Origin: Spirochaetia bacterium
GTDB lineage: Bacteria; Spirochaetota; Spirochaetia; SZUA-6; Bin103
Length of the DNA: 64,000 bases
Assembly (NCBI GenBank): GCA_965203515.1
Contig: OZ241907.1
Location: 2,944,001-3,008,000 of the forward strand
Direction: 5' to 3'
Within the stretch, counting starts at the first letter, position 1. Every line of letters starts with the position of its first letter. The notes beneath the pieces are model-generated. The model worked only from the letters and a program-made list of their open reading frames with translations, searched no databases and was not told the origin of the DNA. Positions 1 to 10,758 of this stretch are shown piece by piece. A program made the translations under genes and the position numbers.

Positions 1-1
1 G

Positions 2-1069
2 CAGCCGGTTCCCCTGCGCCGCCGGTGGCGGGCGGCAGGTCATTGCCTGCGGCGGCTCGACGGGGCATGGCTGGCGATCGGGCTGATCCCGGCCCTGCTC
101 GCGCTGTTCGATCCCGGGCAGGCGCTGCCCGCCCTGCAGTTCGCCGGGGGAGCGATCCTGCGGACCGGCGTGCTCATCGTCTGCGCGGTGCTGGCGGTGG
201 CCTGGCTGAAGGCGGCCGACGCCGACCGTCTGCTGAGCCGGGCGTTCGCCGGACCCGAGGTGCGGATGATCGCGCTGGGCGCGGTAGTGGGCGGGCTGGC
301 GCCGTTCTGCTCCTGCGAGGTGATCCCATTCATCGCCGCGCTGCTGGCGGTCGGGGCGCCGTTGTCGGCGGTGATGGCGTTCTGGCTCGCGTCGCCGTTG
401 ATGGATCCGGCGATGTTCCTGATTACCGCCGGCACCCTCGGCACCGGGTTCGCCGCCGCCAAGACGGTGGCGGCGGTGGCGCTCGGGCTGGCCGGCGGGC
501 TGGTGGTGAAGGCGGGCGCCCGGAGCCCCGTGTTCGCCGCTCCGCTCCGGGCGCGGCCGGCCGCCGGCGCCTGCGCCGCCGCGTGCGGACCCGGCAGCGG
601 GACCGGCGGCGGGTCCGATCCGCTGGCCGGCCGGCCGCAGTGGGCCTTCTGGCGCGAGCCGGCCCGCCGCCGGACGTTCCTCGCCACCGCGGCCGGGAAC
701 GCGCTGTTCCTGGGGAAGTGGCTGCTGTTGGCCTACCTGGTGGAGGCACTGCTGCTGGAATACCTTCCCGCCGAGATGATCGCATCGGTCCTGGGCGGCG
801 GCGGGCTGTGGCCGATCGTGCTGGGCGCGCTGGTCGGAGCGCCGGCCTATCTGAACGGGTACGCCACCGTGCCGCTGGTCGAGGCGCTGCTGGCGCAGGG
901 CATGTCGAACGGGGCGGCCATGTCGTTCGTCATCGCCGGCGGCGCCAGTTGCATCCCGGCGGCGATCGCGGTCTGGGCGCTGGTCAAGCCGCGCGTCTTC
1001 GGCGCCTATCTGGGCATCGCGTTCGCCGGCTCCGTGGCCGCCGGCGTCGTCTGGAACGCGGTCGCCTGA
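2..1069 (+). CDS. Predicted permease (DUF318/ArsP-like), 5' partial
   Basis: Multi-TM protein with PFCSCEVIP and ASPLMDP motifs; frame is open from the window start. Confidence 0.8.
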   Translation, partial: QPVPLRRRWRAAGHCLRRLDGAWLAIGLIPALLALFDPGQALPALQFAGGAILRTGVLIVCAVLAVAWLKAADADRLLSRAFAGPEVRMIALGAVVGGLAPFCSCEVIPFIAALLAVGAPLSAVMAFWLASPLMDPAMFLITAGTLGTGFAAAKTVAAVALGLAGGLVVKAGARSPVFAAPLRARPAAGACAAACGPGSGTGGGSDPLAGRPQWAFWREPARRRTFLATAAGNALFLGKWLLLAYLVEALLLEYLPAEMIASVLGGGGLWPIVLGALVGAPAYLNGYATVPLVEALLAQGMSNGAAMSFVIAGGASCIPAAIAVWALVKPRVFGAYLGIAFAGSVAAGVVWNAVA

Positions 1070-1095
1070 GCGCGCCGCAGGTCTCTTGGCTTAGC

Positions 1096-2592
1096 ATGTC
1101 CGCCGGCGCGTCTCCTGCGCGGCTCCCGCCGCAGCTCCTGCGCGACCTGCGCCGCATGAATCCCTGGTGGGAGGGCGATCCGATGCCGCCGCAACCGCCA
1201 GCGCGCCGCCATCTGGTGACCTGGATACGCCGCCGCCTGGAGTCCGGCATCGCCCCGATCGTGGCGGTGCGCGGCCCGCGCCAAGTCGGGAAGACCACCG
1301 CCCAACTGCAGATCATCGCCGACCTGCTGGCCGAAGGGGTGCCTCCCGGCAACCTCCTGCGGGTCCAGTTCGACGAACTGGCGTCGCTGCGCGCGGTCGA
1401 GGAACCGATCCTGGCCATCGCTGACTGGTTCGAACGGAGCGTGGCCGAGGCCCGGTTCAACGAGCTGGCGCGCCGCGGCCGCACCGCCTATCTGTTCTTC
1501 GACGAAGTGCAGAACCTCGCCGGCTGGGACGCGCAGCTCAAGTCGCTGGTGGACAGCGCGGCGCTGAAGGTCGCCGTCACCGGGAGCTCGGCGCTGCGCA
1601 TCGAGCTGGGGCGCGACAGTCTAGCCGGGCGCGTCAGCACGGTCGAGGCCGGCGTGCTGTCCCTCACCGAGATCGCCGCGCTGCGCGCGCTGCCGGCGCC
1701 GCCGCCGCTGCTCCCGGACAACGGCCTGAGCCTGCTCACGGAGCAGGATTTCTGGCGGCGCCTGCGCGCCCACGGACTCATCCACGCGGCGGTCAGGGAC
1801 GAGGCGTTCCGCCACTTTTCGGAGCGGGGCGGCTATCCGATCGTCCATAAGCGGGCGGATACCGACTGGGCCGTGCTCGCCGACCAGTTGCAGGAAACGG
1901 TGATCCGCCGCGTCATTCAGCACGACCTGCGCCACGGCGCCCGCGGGCGGCGGCGCGACCCCGCGCTGCTGGAGGAGATCTTCCGGCTGGCCTGCCGCCA
2001 CGCCGGGCAGACGCCGGCGGCGGCCACCCTGGCCGAGGAAGCCCGGCTGACGCTGGCCGCCAACGTCGGCGTCCAGCGGGTGACCCACTACCTGCGATTC
2101 CTCGGCGACACCCTGCTGCTGCGCCTCATTCCGCCGCTGGAGATACGCCTCAAGCGCAAGCGGGGGAGCGCCAAGATATGCCTGGCCGATCACGGCTTGC
2201 GTGCCGCCTGGCTGCAGGAGCAGGTACCGCTGGCGCCCGATCGACTGGCGGCCGTTCCGGCGCTCACCACCCTTGCCGGCCACCTCGCCGAGAGCGTCTT
2301 CGGCTCGGTCGCGGCCACGATACCCGGCCTGGACATCGCCCACCTGCCCGCCCGGGGCGCGGACCGCGAGGTCGACTTCGTGTTGACCGCCGGCGCCCGG
2401 CGCGTGCCGGTGGAGATCAAGTATCAGCGCCGCATCGACCCCCTGCGCGACACCCTGGGCATCCGGTCGTTCGTCGAAAAGTCCGCCAACAACGCCGCCT
2501 TCGGCGTGCTGATCACCCAGGCCGACACCGCGCCCCTCGACGACCCGCGCATCGTCAACCTGCCCCTCTCCACCTTCATGCTCCTCCGATGA
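1096..2592 (+). CDS. AAA_14-family ATP-binding protein with DUF4143-like C-terminus
   Basis: NPWW, Walker A GPRQVGKTT, FFDEVQ, TGSS, and C-terminal EVDFV...PVEIK; real start taken as ATG 1096 within ORF 25..2592. Confidence 0.85.
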   Translation: MSAGASPARLPPQLLRDLRRMNPWWEGDPMPPQPPARRHLVTWIRRRLESGIAPIVAVRGPRQVGKTTAQLQIIADLLAEGVPPGNLLRVQFDELASLRAVEEPILAIADWFERSVAEARFNELARRGRTAYLFFDEVQNLAGWDAQLKSLVDSAALKVAVTGSSALRIELGRDSLAGRVSTVEAGVLSLTEIAALRALPAPPPLLPDNGLSLLTEQDFWRRLRAHGLIHAAVRDEAFRHFSERGGYPIVHKRADTDWAVLADQLQETVIRRVIQHDLRHGARGRRRDPALLEEIFRLACRHAGQTPAAATLAEEARLTLAANVGVQRVTHYLRFLGDTLLLRLIPPLEIRLKRKRGSAKICLADHGLRAAWLQEQVPLAPDRLAAVPALTTLAGHLAESVFGSVAATIPGLDIAHLPARGADREVDFVLTAGARRVPVEIKYQRRIDPLRDTLGIRSFVEKSANNAAFGVLITQADTAPLDDPRIVNLPLSTFMLLR

Positions 2593-3184
2593 ATCCTTCG
2601 AGACGAGGCTGCGATACCCCGTTCAGTTCATCGACGAACCATCTGAGTGTTACCGGCCAATCATCGTTCTCGTGCATTTGAGCGATCAGTTCGCACGCAA
2701 GACGCTTCGTTTTTCTTACGACGCGTCGCGGTGGATTACCGAACAGTGCACGCTTCAAGTCTCTCGTATCCTTACCTTCCCACTTTAGACCGGACTCGTT
2801 CTTGCGACCCCAGGATAGCCACGCCTCCATGGCCTGCCTTGGCGTCATCAGCACGATCTTCAGTTCGTCGCGTCGTTGCGCGCCCGTCAGGCTGGCAAGT
2901 GTCGTGTCGATCCGCGTTTTGATATCACACCATCTCTTGCTCTGATCTGCACGGATAAATCCATCCGGTAACGTATCGTCCATGTCGAAGTGCACGACCA
3001 GCAGGTCGTAGTGTCCGAAATACGCCGCTCGTACGAAATCGGGTACCAGCCGCAGTATGACAGACAGACCACGTGCCGACAGGCTCTTCGATTCAATTGT
3101 GTGTGTTCGACCCAAGTACTGCCTGATCAACCGCCCTGCAACTTCTTCGTCACTACGCCCCTCCGCGGCCAGAAGAATCCGCAT
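2576..3184 (-). CDS. TOPRIM-like (DUF4276/RloB-like) partner of the ABC ATPase
   Basis: N-terminal AEGRSDE, a DxD (FDMD) motif and an EAWL motif; lies 1 nt downstream of the ATPase; lower GC. Confidence 0.65.
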   Translation of the reverse strand: MRILLAAEGRSDEEVAGRLIRQYLGRTHTIESKSLSARGLSVILRLVPDFVRAAYFGHYDLLVVHFDMDDTLPDGFIRADQSKRWCDIKTRIDTTLASLTGAQRRDELKIVLMTPRQAMEAWLSWGRKNESGLKWEGKDTRDLKRALFGNPPRRVVRKTKRLACELIAQMHENDDWPVTLRWFVDELNGVSQPRLEGFIGGA

Positions 3185-3185
3185 G

Positions 3186-4316
3186 CTACGCGGTCAGATC
3201 ATCGAGCAGTCCGGACTCCCAGAGCTCGCCGGGCAAGGACTCCGGCGAATCGGTTCCCAGTCTTTCCTTGGCTACTTCGAGCAATGGTTTGACGACCGTC
3301 CATCCTCCCGGCGCCCTCGTAACCAGTCGGACCTCGCCGAGTCGATCATCGAGCTTGTTCAGAAACGAAGGACTATGCGTGGTGACGACGATCTGTATGC
3401 GGTCGCGCCCGTCGAGACCATCATAGGCCGCTTCGGTGAGAACCTCGATCACCTCCGCATACCGCGAATGGTTGAAGCCTCGATCTATCTCCTCGATGGC
3501 GATCGTCGCGCCGGGCCGGGTGGTGTACAGCACGCACAGCAGTCCGACCAATTGGCGATCGCCCCAGGAAAGATGCACCGCCGGGAACGAGTACTCCTGT
3601 CCCTTGTCGCGCAACCCCCAAAACACCTTCCCGCCCGACGCCCAAACGTCGATGCTCTCCGTTTCGACTCGAAACCGTCGAAAACATGTTTCCAACTGCG
3701 AGAAGCATTCCGGATCGGAGTCTTTCATGTTGGCCAGCACGCCGGCGACGCCGTATCCCTCCCTGGAAATATAGCTGTGCTCCGGATCGTTGGGCTGCTC
3801 GATATTCCTGGGGTTCAGTTCGTAGCTTATGGCTGACTTGAGTACCTGCGAAACATGTTCGATCTCCGGCTCGTCCGCATCCCTTCCCGGATTCAAGATG
3901 GTTCCGGACAGCGGCTGGTTATGGTGACCGAGACTGGCGACCGTGCTATTGTCAGCGAGATGCATCAGCCGTTCTTCGGTGACCAGCGGCTCGTGATCTC
4001 TTTCACTCAGGCCAAGGACGTAGCCGTAGCGGCTCTCGGTAGTGCCCTGAACCCCCCGAGGGGGTCCCATCTGAACCTCGAATCGGACTGCCGGGATCCA
4101 GCCTGTTCCCTTCGTGCGCTGCCAAACGAGCGACCAGGGCGGTGGCCCGAAAGCACGATCTACGCCACCCCGAGCGAAGTTGCCGAGCAGCTGCAGGCTG
4201 TCCAGGATCGTCGTCTTCCCAGCGCCGTTCCTGCCGATCATGATCGTCAGCGGATCGAATTCGATTTCCGTGTCCACGAGCGTCCGGAATCCGTGAACCT
4301 TGAGTCGTTCCAGCAT
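3186..4316 (-). CDS. AAA_21/AAA_15 ABC-type ATPase (defence-associated type)
   Basis: Walker [10 protein letters not shown], signature LSWGD, Walker B IAIEE, H-loop TTHSP. Confidence 0.85.
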   Translation of the reverse strand: MLERLKVHGFRTLVDTEIEFDPLTIMIGRNGAGKTTILDSLQLLGNFARGGVDRAFGPPPWSLVWQRTKGTGWIPAVRFEVQMGPPRGVQGTTESRYGYVLGLSERDHEPLVTEERLMHLADNSTVASLGHHNQPLSGTILNPGRDADEPEIEHVSQVLKSAISYELNPRNIEQPNDPEHSYISREGYGVAGVLANMKDSDPECFSQLETCFRRFRVETESIDVWASGGKVFWGLRDKGQEYSFPAVHLSWGDRQLVGLLCVLYTTRPGATIAIEEIDRGFNHSRYAEVIEVLTEAAYDGLDGRDRIQIVVTTHSPSFLNKLDDRLGEVRLVTRAPGGWTVVKPLLEVAKERLGTDSPESLPGELWESGLLDDLTA

Positions 4317-4492
4317 GTTCGCCTCGGTCCGCCCGGCGGTGGGCTCAGTAGCCGAGCCGGCGCAGGTAGCACGGGATACTATCGAATTGCCGATTCGCCC
4401 CGCAAGCGCGCGCGAACTTCAGCCCGCTTCCCGCGCACTGGCAGCCGCCTCCCTTGACGGTCGCGGTCGCTTCCGGTCTGCTTGCGCTGGTC

Positions 4493-5350
4493 ATGAAGCT
4501 GTGGAGAACGCCGGCCGGCACGGTGGTGGAACGGGACGGGGAGCGGCTGCTGCTGCGCGATCACGACTGGGACGACCTGTTCCGTCAGGACGACTTGGCG
4601 GCCTATCTGGAACGGCGCCTCGCCGGGGCGGAAGCCGCGCCCGCAGCGGCCGGCGCGGCGCCGCTGGCGCCGGTGGTGGGACAGGAGATCTGGGCTGCCG
4701 GCGTCACCTACTACCGCAGCCGCGACGCGCGCATGGCCGAGTCGGAGCAGGCGGGCGGCGGCAGCTTCTACGACCGCGTCTACACCGCCGAGCGGCCCGA
4801 GCTGTTCCACAAGGGCAGCGCGCGCACCGCCGTCGCCCCCGGCGGCGCCGTGCGCATCCGCGCGGACTCGGCCTGGAACGTGCCGGAGCCGGAGCTGACC
4901 CTGGCGATCGACCGCGGCGGCCGCATCTTTGGCTACACGATCGGCAACGACATGAGCTCCCGCGACATCGAGGGCGAGAATCCGCTCTATCTGCCGCAGG
5001 CCAAGATCTACGACGGGAGCTGCGCCCTGGGGCCGGCGATCCTGATCCGCGCCGACGCCCCCGACCCGTCCACCCGCATCGACCTGGAGATCGCGCGCGG
5101 CGGCGCGCCCGCCTTCCGCGGCGCCACCACGCTGGCGGAACTGAAGCGCACGCCGCAGGAGCTGGCCGCCTTCCTGTACCGGCACAACACCTTCCCGGCC
5201 GGCTGCTTCCTGATGACCGGCACCGGCATCGTGCCGCCGGACGGCTTCACCCTGCAGGCCGGCGACCGCATCACCATCACCATCGAATCGATCGGCACCC
5301 TCAGCAACCCGGTGGGCGCCTTCGACACCGCCGGCGCCGCCGGCTCCTGA
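4493..5350 (+). CDS. Fumarylacetoacetate-hydrolase family protein, likely 2-keto-3-deoxypentonate dehydratase (XylX/KdaD-like)
   Basis: [33 protein letters not shown] and TGTG motifs; adjacent to the xylonate dehydratase. Confidence 0.8.
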   Translation: MKLWRTPAGTVVERDGERLLLRDHDWDDLFRQDDLAAYLERRLAGAEAAPAAAGAAPLAPVVGQEIWAAGVTYYRSRDARMAESEQAGGGSFYDRVYTAERPELFHKGSARTAVAPGGAVRIRADSAWNVPEPELTLAIDRGGRIFGYTIGNDMSSRDIEGENPLYLPQAKIYDGSCALGPAILIRADAPDPSTRIDLEIARGGAPAFRGATTLAELKRTPQELAAFLYRHNTFPAGCFLMTGTGIVPPDGFTLQAGDRITITIESIGTLSNPVGAFDTAGAAGS

Positions 5351-5352
5351 CG

Positions 5353-7386
5353 GTGGCCGACGACCCCGGCGCGGGCACGCGCGCGGGCGCCGACCCGGAC
5401 GCCATACTGGGCTTTGCGTCGCCGCCGCTGCCGGCCACCGCCGGCGAGGGCGCGCCCGGCGCCATCCCGCTCACCGAGCGCATGCTGCGCGAGGAGCCGA
5501 GCGGCAACCTGTTCGCACTGACCCAGAACGTGGGCATGGGCTGGCAGCCGGCCGGCGCGGGCGGCCCGGCCTACCTGCTGCTGTCCACGCACGGCGGCCT
5601 GCGCGCCGAGGACGGATCGCCGGTCGCGCTGGGCTACCACACCGGTCACTGGGAGGTGCACCTGCTGGTGCGCGCCGCCGCCGAAGCGCTGGCGGCCGGC
5701 GGCTGCATCCCGTTCGCCGCGCACGTCACCGACCCCTGCGACGGGCGCACGCAGGGGACGCCGGGGATGATGGACAGCCTGCCGTACCGCAACGACGCCG
5801 CGATCGTGATGCGCCGCCTGGCGCGGTCGCTGCCGACCCGGCAGGGGGTGATCGGCGTCGCCTCCTGCGACAAGGGGTTGCCGGCGATGCTGCTGGCGCT
5901 GGCCGGCGAGCGGGCGCTGCCGGGGGTGGTGATCCCCGGCGGGGTGACCCTGCCGGCCCGCGGCGCCGAGGACCTGGGTACCGTGCAGACGATCGGCGCC
6001 CGCTTCGCGCACGGCCTGATCACGCTGGACGAGGCGGCCGCGGCCGGCTGCAAGGCGTGCGGATCGGCCGGCGGCGGCTGCCAGTTCCTGGGCACGGCGG
6101 CGACCGCGCAGGTGGTCGCCGAGGCGCTGGGGCTGGCGTTGCCGCACACCGCGCTGGCTCCGTCGGGCCAGCCGATCTGGCTCGACATGGGCCGCCGCGC
6201 GGCGGCGGCGGTGGTCGCCCAGCGCGCGAACGGGCGGTCGATGGCGGACATCCTGGACCGGCGCGCGATCGACAACGCGATGGTCGCGCACGCGGCGTTC
6301 GGCGGCTCCACCAACCTGCTGCTGCACGTTCCCGCCTTCGCCCACGCGGCCGGCCTGCCGGTTCCCTCGGCGGCCGACTGGAGCCGGGTCAACCGCGCCA
6401 CCCCGCGGCTGGTCGACGCGCTGCCCAACGGCCCCGCCAACCATCCCACCGTGCGGGTGTTCGTGGCCGGCGGCGTGCCGGAGGTGATGCTGCACCTGCG
6501 CCGCGCCGGCCTGATCGATCCCGCGGCGCTGACCGCAGCCGGGCTGACCTGGGGCGAGGCGCTCGACCGCTGGCAGGATTCGCCGCGGCGGCACGCGCTG
6601 CGCCGCCACTGCCGGGAGGCGGACGGCGTCGATCCCGACGAGGTGATCATGGACCCGGACACCGCCCGCCGTCGCGGGCTGACCAGCACCGTGGTCTTTC
6701 CGACCGGCTCGCTGGCGCCGGACGGCGCGGTCATCAAGGCGACGGCGATCGATCCCGGCGTGGTCGGCGCGGACGGCATCTACCGCCACCGCGGGCCGGT
6801 GCGCCTGTTCGGGAGCGAGGCGGCCGCGGTCGCCGCGATCAAGGGCGGCGGCGAGCGGCCGGTACGGGCCGGCGACGTGGTGGTGGTGGCCGGGATCGGG
6901 CCGGCCGGCACCGGCATGGAGGAGATCTATCAGGTCACCTCCGCCTTGAAGTTCATCCCCTGGGGCAAGCGGGTGGCGGTGCTGACCGACGGCCGCTTCT
7001 CCGGCGTCTCCACCGGGGCGTGCGTTGGCCACGTCGGGCCGGAGGCGCTGGCGGGCGGGCCGATCGGCCGGCTCCGGGACGGCGACACGGTGGAGATCGT
7101 GGTCGACCGCGGAGAGCTGACCGGCTCGGTAGAACTGGTCGCCACGGAGGCCGACGGCGAGCTCTCCCGACGGCAGGCCGAAGCGGTGCTGGCGGCGCGC
7201 CCGACCGCCCCCTGCATCGCGCCGCGAGCCGACCTGCCCGCCGACACGCGGCTGTGGGCGGCGCTGCAGGCGGCCAGCGGCGGCACCTGGGCCGGATGCG
7301 TCTACGACCCGGACGCGATCATCGCCGCCCTCCGCTCCGGCGGCGTCACCGCCAGCGCCTCGGCCGGAACCAGCTCGGCGGCGTAG
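5353..7386 (+). CDS. YjhG/YagF-type D-xylonate dehydratase (IlvD/Edd family)
   Basis: [39 protein letters not shown] and TDGRFSG motifs; GTG start at 5353. Confidence 0.88.
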   Translation: MADDPGAGTRAGADPDAILGFASPPLPATAGEGAPGAIPLTERMLREEPSGNLFALTQNVGMGWQPAGAGGPAYLLLSTHGGLRAEDGSPVALGYHTGHWEVHLLVRAAAEALAAGGCIPFAAHVTDPCDGRTQGTPGMMDSLPYRNDAAIVMRRLARSLPTRQGVIGVASCDKGLPAMLLALAGERALPGVVIPGGVTLPARGAEDLGTVQTIGARFAHGLITLDEAAAAGCKACGSAGGGCQFLGTAATAQVVAEALGLALPHTALAPSGQPIWLDMGRRAAAAVVAQRANGRSMADILDRRAIDNAMVAHAAFGGSTNLLLHVPAFAHAAGLPVPSAADWSRVNRATPRLVDALPNGPANHPTVRVFVAGGVPEVMLHLRRAGLIDPAALTAAGLTWGEALDRWQDSPRRHALRRHCREADGVDPDEVIMDPDTARRRGLTSTVVFPTGSLAPDGAVIKATAIDPGVVGADGIYRHRGPVRLFGSEAAAVAAIKGGGERPVRAGDVVVVAGIGPAGTGMEEIYQVTSALKFIPWGKRVAVLTDGRFSGVSTGACVGHVGPEALAGGPIGRLRDGDTVEIVVDRGELTGSVELVATEADGELSRRQAEAVLAARPTAPCIAPRADLPADTRLWAALQAASGGTWAGCVYDPDAIIAALRSGGVTASASAGTSSAA

Positions 7387-8360
7387 CTGAAGATCGCCGG
7401 CGTGCCGCCCGAGTGCAGGAACACGACCGTCTCGTCGGCGCCGACTGCGCCGTCATCGATACGGTCGATCAGGCCGGCCAGGGCCACGCCGGTGTAGTTG
7501 GGATCGACCATGAGCCCGTCGGCGCGCGCCGCCAGCCGCACCGCCTCCAGGACCGCCGGCGCCGGTCCGCCGGGACCCGCGTAGCGGTCGACGACGTCGA
7601 AGTCCGCCGGCGCATAGGTGCGCGGCAGGTCGAGCCGCCGCCGCACCGCGTCGGCATGACGGAAGACGTAATCGGGCAGCGGCGGCGCCGAGGCCACGCG
7701 GACGCCGGTGAAGCGCCAGTCCAGACCCAGGTTGAGCGACGCCAGCGCCAGACCGCAGAGGCTGCGGCCGGCGACCCCCGCCACCCGCACCGGACCGGCC
7801 ACGCCGGCGGCGCGGAGCTGATCGGCCAGCTCCAGGCCGGCGCCGACGAAGCCGATCAGGCCGGCGAGCTTGGGAAACGGCTCGTCGTTCATCACGTACG
7901 GCGCGGCTCCGGCGCGGCGCAACCGCTCGGCCACGCCGCGCGCCAGCTCCAAATCGCGCCGCGACTCCTCGTCGTTGAGCAGGTGGACGGCCGCTCCCAG
8001 CAGGTGATCGATCAGGCAGTTGCCCTGCACCGGCCGGCCGGCCGCGTGGCGCAGCAGGACGTGGTAGCGAAAGCCGGCGCGCACGCAGGCGGCGGCCGCC
8101 AGCCGGGCGTTGTTGGAATGGTACCCCATCACGTTGATCACGGTGTCGGCGCCGACGCGCCGCACCTCCGCCATGAGCAGCTCCATGTGGCGCACCTTGT
8201 TGCCGCCGAACGCCAGGCCGGACAGGTCCTCGCGCTTGATCAGCACCGGGCGGCCCAGCCGCCGGCTCAGCCCCGGCGCCGACTGCAGAGGAGTCGGGTA
8301 GGCGCCGAGCGGCAGCCGCGGGAAGCGGTCCAGACGCGCGCGCAACTCGTTAGCAGTCAC
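7302..8360 (-). CDS. D-cysteine desulfhydrase/ACC deaminase family PLP enzyme
   Basis: [26 protein letters not shown] and FLHSGG motifs. Confidence 0.85.
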   Translation of the reverse strand: MTANELRARLDRFPRLPLGAYPTPLQSAPGLSRRLGRPVLIKREDLSGLAFGGNKVRHMELLMAEVRRVGADTVINVMGYHSNNARLAAAACVRAGFRYHVLLRHAAGRPVQGNCLIDHLLGAAVHLLNDEESRRDLELARGVAERLRRAGAAPYVMNDEPFPKLAGLIGFVGAGLELADQLRAAGVAGPVRVAGVAGRSLCGLALASLNLGLDWRFTGVRVASAPPLPDYVFRHADAVRRRLDLPRTYAPADFDVVDRYAGPGGPAPAVLEAVRLAARADGLMVDPNYTGVALAGLIDRIDDGAVGADETVVFLHSGGTPAIFSYAAELVPAEALAVTPPERRAAMIASGS

Positions 8361-8459
8361 GGCGCACGATGATAGAGCGAGCCGCGCTCAGCGGGAACCG
8401 CCCTGCGCCGCGCGGGCGCGGCCGGCCGCTCGCCCTTCCGCATCGGCCGATCAACCGGC

Positions 8460-9560
8460 ATGATCCGGTCCATGACGCATCCCGACGGCAGCGGCGCCGC
8501 TGCGCATCCGGCCGACGCTACGCTTGCGGCCAACAAGGACGAACCGCTCGCCTACCTGAACGGGGAGTTCATCCCGGCCGGCGAGTGCAAGCTGCCGATC
8601 TACGACCTGGGCATCGTCCTGGGCGCGGCGGTCACCGACTTCCTGCGCACCTTCGGCGGCCAGCCGTACCGGCTGGCCGATCACGTGCGGCGCCTGTACC
8701 GCTCCTGCCGGTACGCGCACATCGATCCGCCGATCGACGCGGAGGAATCGATGGAGGTCTCGCGGCGGCTCATCGCGCACAACCGCGCGGCCGCCGGCGG
8801 CGCGGAGCTGGGGCTGATCTACTACGTCACCGCCGGGCAGAACCCGGTGTACGCCGGCGCCGCCGGATCGCAGGGGCCGCGGCGGGCCACCTACGTGCAG
8901 CACACCTTCCCGATGCCGTTCCACCTCTGGAAGCCGCTGTTCACGCGCGGCGCGCACTGCGTGACGCCGTCGAACCGCCACTGGCCGCCCGAGTGCCTGT
9001 CGTCGAAGATCAAGAACCGCAACCGGCTGCACATGTGGATCGGCGACCATCAGGCCCACCAGATCGACCCCGACGCGATCGCCGTGTACCTCGACATCCA
9101 CGGCAACATCACCGAGACCGGCGGCTCCAACTTCGTCATCTACCGCGACGGCCAGGTGGTGGCTCCCCGCCGGCGCAACGTGCTGTGGGGGATCAGCCTG
9201 ACGGTGCTCACCGAGCTGCTGCCCGACCTGGGCATCGGCTTCGTGGAGGACGACCTGCAGACCTGGGACGCGGTCAACGCGGAGGAGGCGTGGCTGCCGA
9301 CGACGCCCTATTGCCTGGCTCCGGTGGTGCGCTTCAACGGCGTCCCGATCGGCGACGGCGCGCCGGGGCCGGTGTGGCGGCGCGTGCTGGACCGCTGGAG
9401 CGAGGTGGCCGGCACCGACATCTACGGCGAGATCGCCGGCAGCTCCGCGTGCATGGTGCCGATGCCATCCCTTGGACGATCAGCGCCGCCGCCAGTGGAG
9501 AGACCGGGCGGCTGCGGCTGGTGTTCGACGCGACCGATGACGCCGACGAGCAGGCTGTGA
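8460..9560 (+). CDS. Aminotransferase class IV (BCAT/D-amino-acid/ADC lyase family)
   Basis: AYLNGEF, DLGIVLG, KIKNRN, TETGGSN and LWGIS motifs; the C-terminal ~35 aa look like read-through into foreign DNA. Confidence 0.85.
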   Translation: MIRSMTHPDGSGAAAHPADATLAANKDEPLAYLNGEFIPAGECKLPIYDLGIVLGAAVTDFLRTFGGQPYRLADHVRRLYRSCRYAHIDPPIDAEESMEVSRRLIAHNRAAAGGAELGLIYYVTAGQNPVYAGAAGSQGPRRATYVQHTFPMPFHLWKPLFTRGAHCVTPSNRHWPPECLSSKIKNRNRLHMWIGDHQAHQIDPDAIAVYLDIHGNITETGGSNFVIYRDGQVVAPRRRNVLWGISLTVLTELLPDLGIGFVEDDLQTWDAVNAEEAWLPTTPYCLAPVVRFNGVPIGDGAPGPVWRRVLDRWSEVAGTDIYGEIAGSSACMVPMPSLGRSAPPPVERPGGCGWCSTRPMTPTSRL

Positions 9561-9630
9561 CGTTCTCGGTGCCGACCAGCACGGCGGACGAGGCCGAGGC
9601 CAACCGCCGCGCCGACAAGGAGGGCGCGCT

Positions 9631-10599
9631 ATGAAAGCGTTGAAGCATCTTTGGAAGGTTGTCGTAGTCGTGCTGGTGCTTGCGGGCTGTGAGGAAGCGG
9701 CGCCGCCGACAGAGCCCTACGACCTTCCGCCGCCGCCGGCGACCGAGCCGAAACCGACCCCGGAACCAACGCCAGCACCAGCACCAACACCAACGCCACC
9801 AAGCGCGCCCCCCGCGCCGCCGCCGGCTGATCCGGTGCCGCCGCCCAACGCCCCTTCTACGCAAGGCCCGATGAAGTTTCCTGCCGCCAGCGTGGCGTAC
9901 TCCGGCAAGGTTGGAGACAGCTTCAGCCAACAGTTGCCCGCGGCGACCGGCGGAAAGGATCCGATTGAATACTCGCTTATCAGCATCGGGGTTATCGAGG
10001 GTCTGCGGTTCGATGAATCGACCCGCACCTTGGCGGGAACCCCTACGAGCTCGGGTAGCGAGCGGATGTTGTTGTTTGCCATCGACTCCGGGGATGGGGT
10101 TTATCAGCGAGCGGCACAGATGTGGGTGAGGGTGAGCATCGAAGCGCTTCCCGCCCCGACGCCGGCCCCTGCAGCAGAGGTGAAAGAACAATGCGTATCG
10201 GTAAGTTTGGCGCTAAAGAACCACGCCGAGGCAACCCGACCGTCAGGAAGATATGGGGACACGGATGGACTCTTCAACATCAGGTGGACGCCAGCAACGC
10301 TACCTGCTTGGGTTCCCGCAGCCGGACGGCCGTCAGGCAGGGTTTCTCAGGACATTCGGAATCTGCGCTTATCTCCTTCAAGGGTTGAAGCGGAAAGTTG
10401 CACGCTGCGGGGAACGTTCAGCTATGGACAAACAACCGTCTGGCTTCAGGGACGGTGCGCAAGCAGTGGCATCTATAGTACCGCTTCAACCGGAGCGGCA
10501 TGGAAGCAGTACATGAGAAGTCATACCTTTAGCGGTAAGTGGATGTGTACGCCGCAGGGATGTCGGCAACCCAACCCCTATCGTCGGGAGTGTCGATGA
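9631..10599 (+). CDS. Lipoprotein with Pro-rich linker and putative Ig (He_PIG-like) domain
   Basis: Signal peptide with LAGC lipobox, PT/PA-rich stretch, LPAATGG...YSL...GLRFD..TRTLAGTPT. Confidence 0.7.
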   Translation: MKALKHLWKVVVVVLVLAGCEEAAPPTEPYDLPPPPATEPKPTPEPTPAPAPTPTPPSAPPAPPPADPVPPPNAPSTQGPMKFPAASVAYSGKVGDSFSQQLPAATGGKDPIEYSLISIGVIEGLRFDESTRTLAGTPTSSGSERMLLFAIDSGDGVYQRAAQMWVRVSIEALPAPTPAPAAEVKEQCVSVSLALKNHAEATRPSGRYGDTDGLFNIRWTPATLPAWVPAAGRPSGRVSQDIRNLRLSPSRVEAESCTLRGTFSYGQTTVWLQGRCASSGIYSTASTGAAWKQYMRSHTFSGKWMCTPQGCRQPNPYRRECR

Positions 10600-10758
10600 C
10601 CACGGCGCAGGTACTCCACTACGCCGCGGAGGCCGCCGCAGAGCACCGCGCCATGACCTCCGGCGCGTAGGCCGGACGTAGCAGAGGATAGTGACCATGC
10701 GGCGATATGATAACCGGCGGGACATCGTACTCCGCCGCTTCCGTGAGTGCACGGCGGG

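Noticed and set aside
25..1095. Long Arg/Gly/Ala-rich N-terminal extensions and overlapping ORFs (also 4300-5352, 6057-8372, 58491-60938 etc.)
   Set aside because: Typical high-GC alternative-frame ORFs overlapping well-supported genes.
7302..7386. 85-nt convergent overlap as a regulatory feature
   Set aside because: Most simply explained by scarce stop codons in GC-rich DNA.
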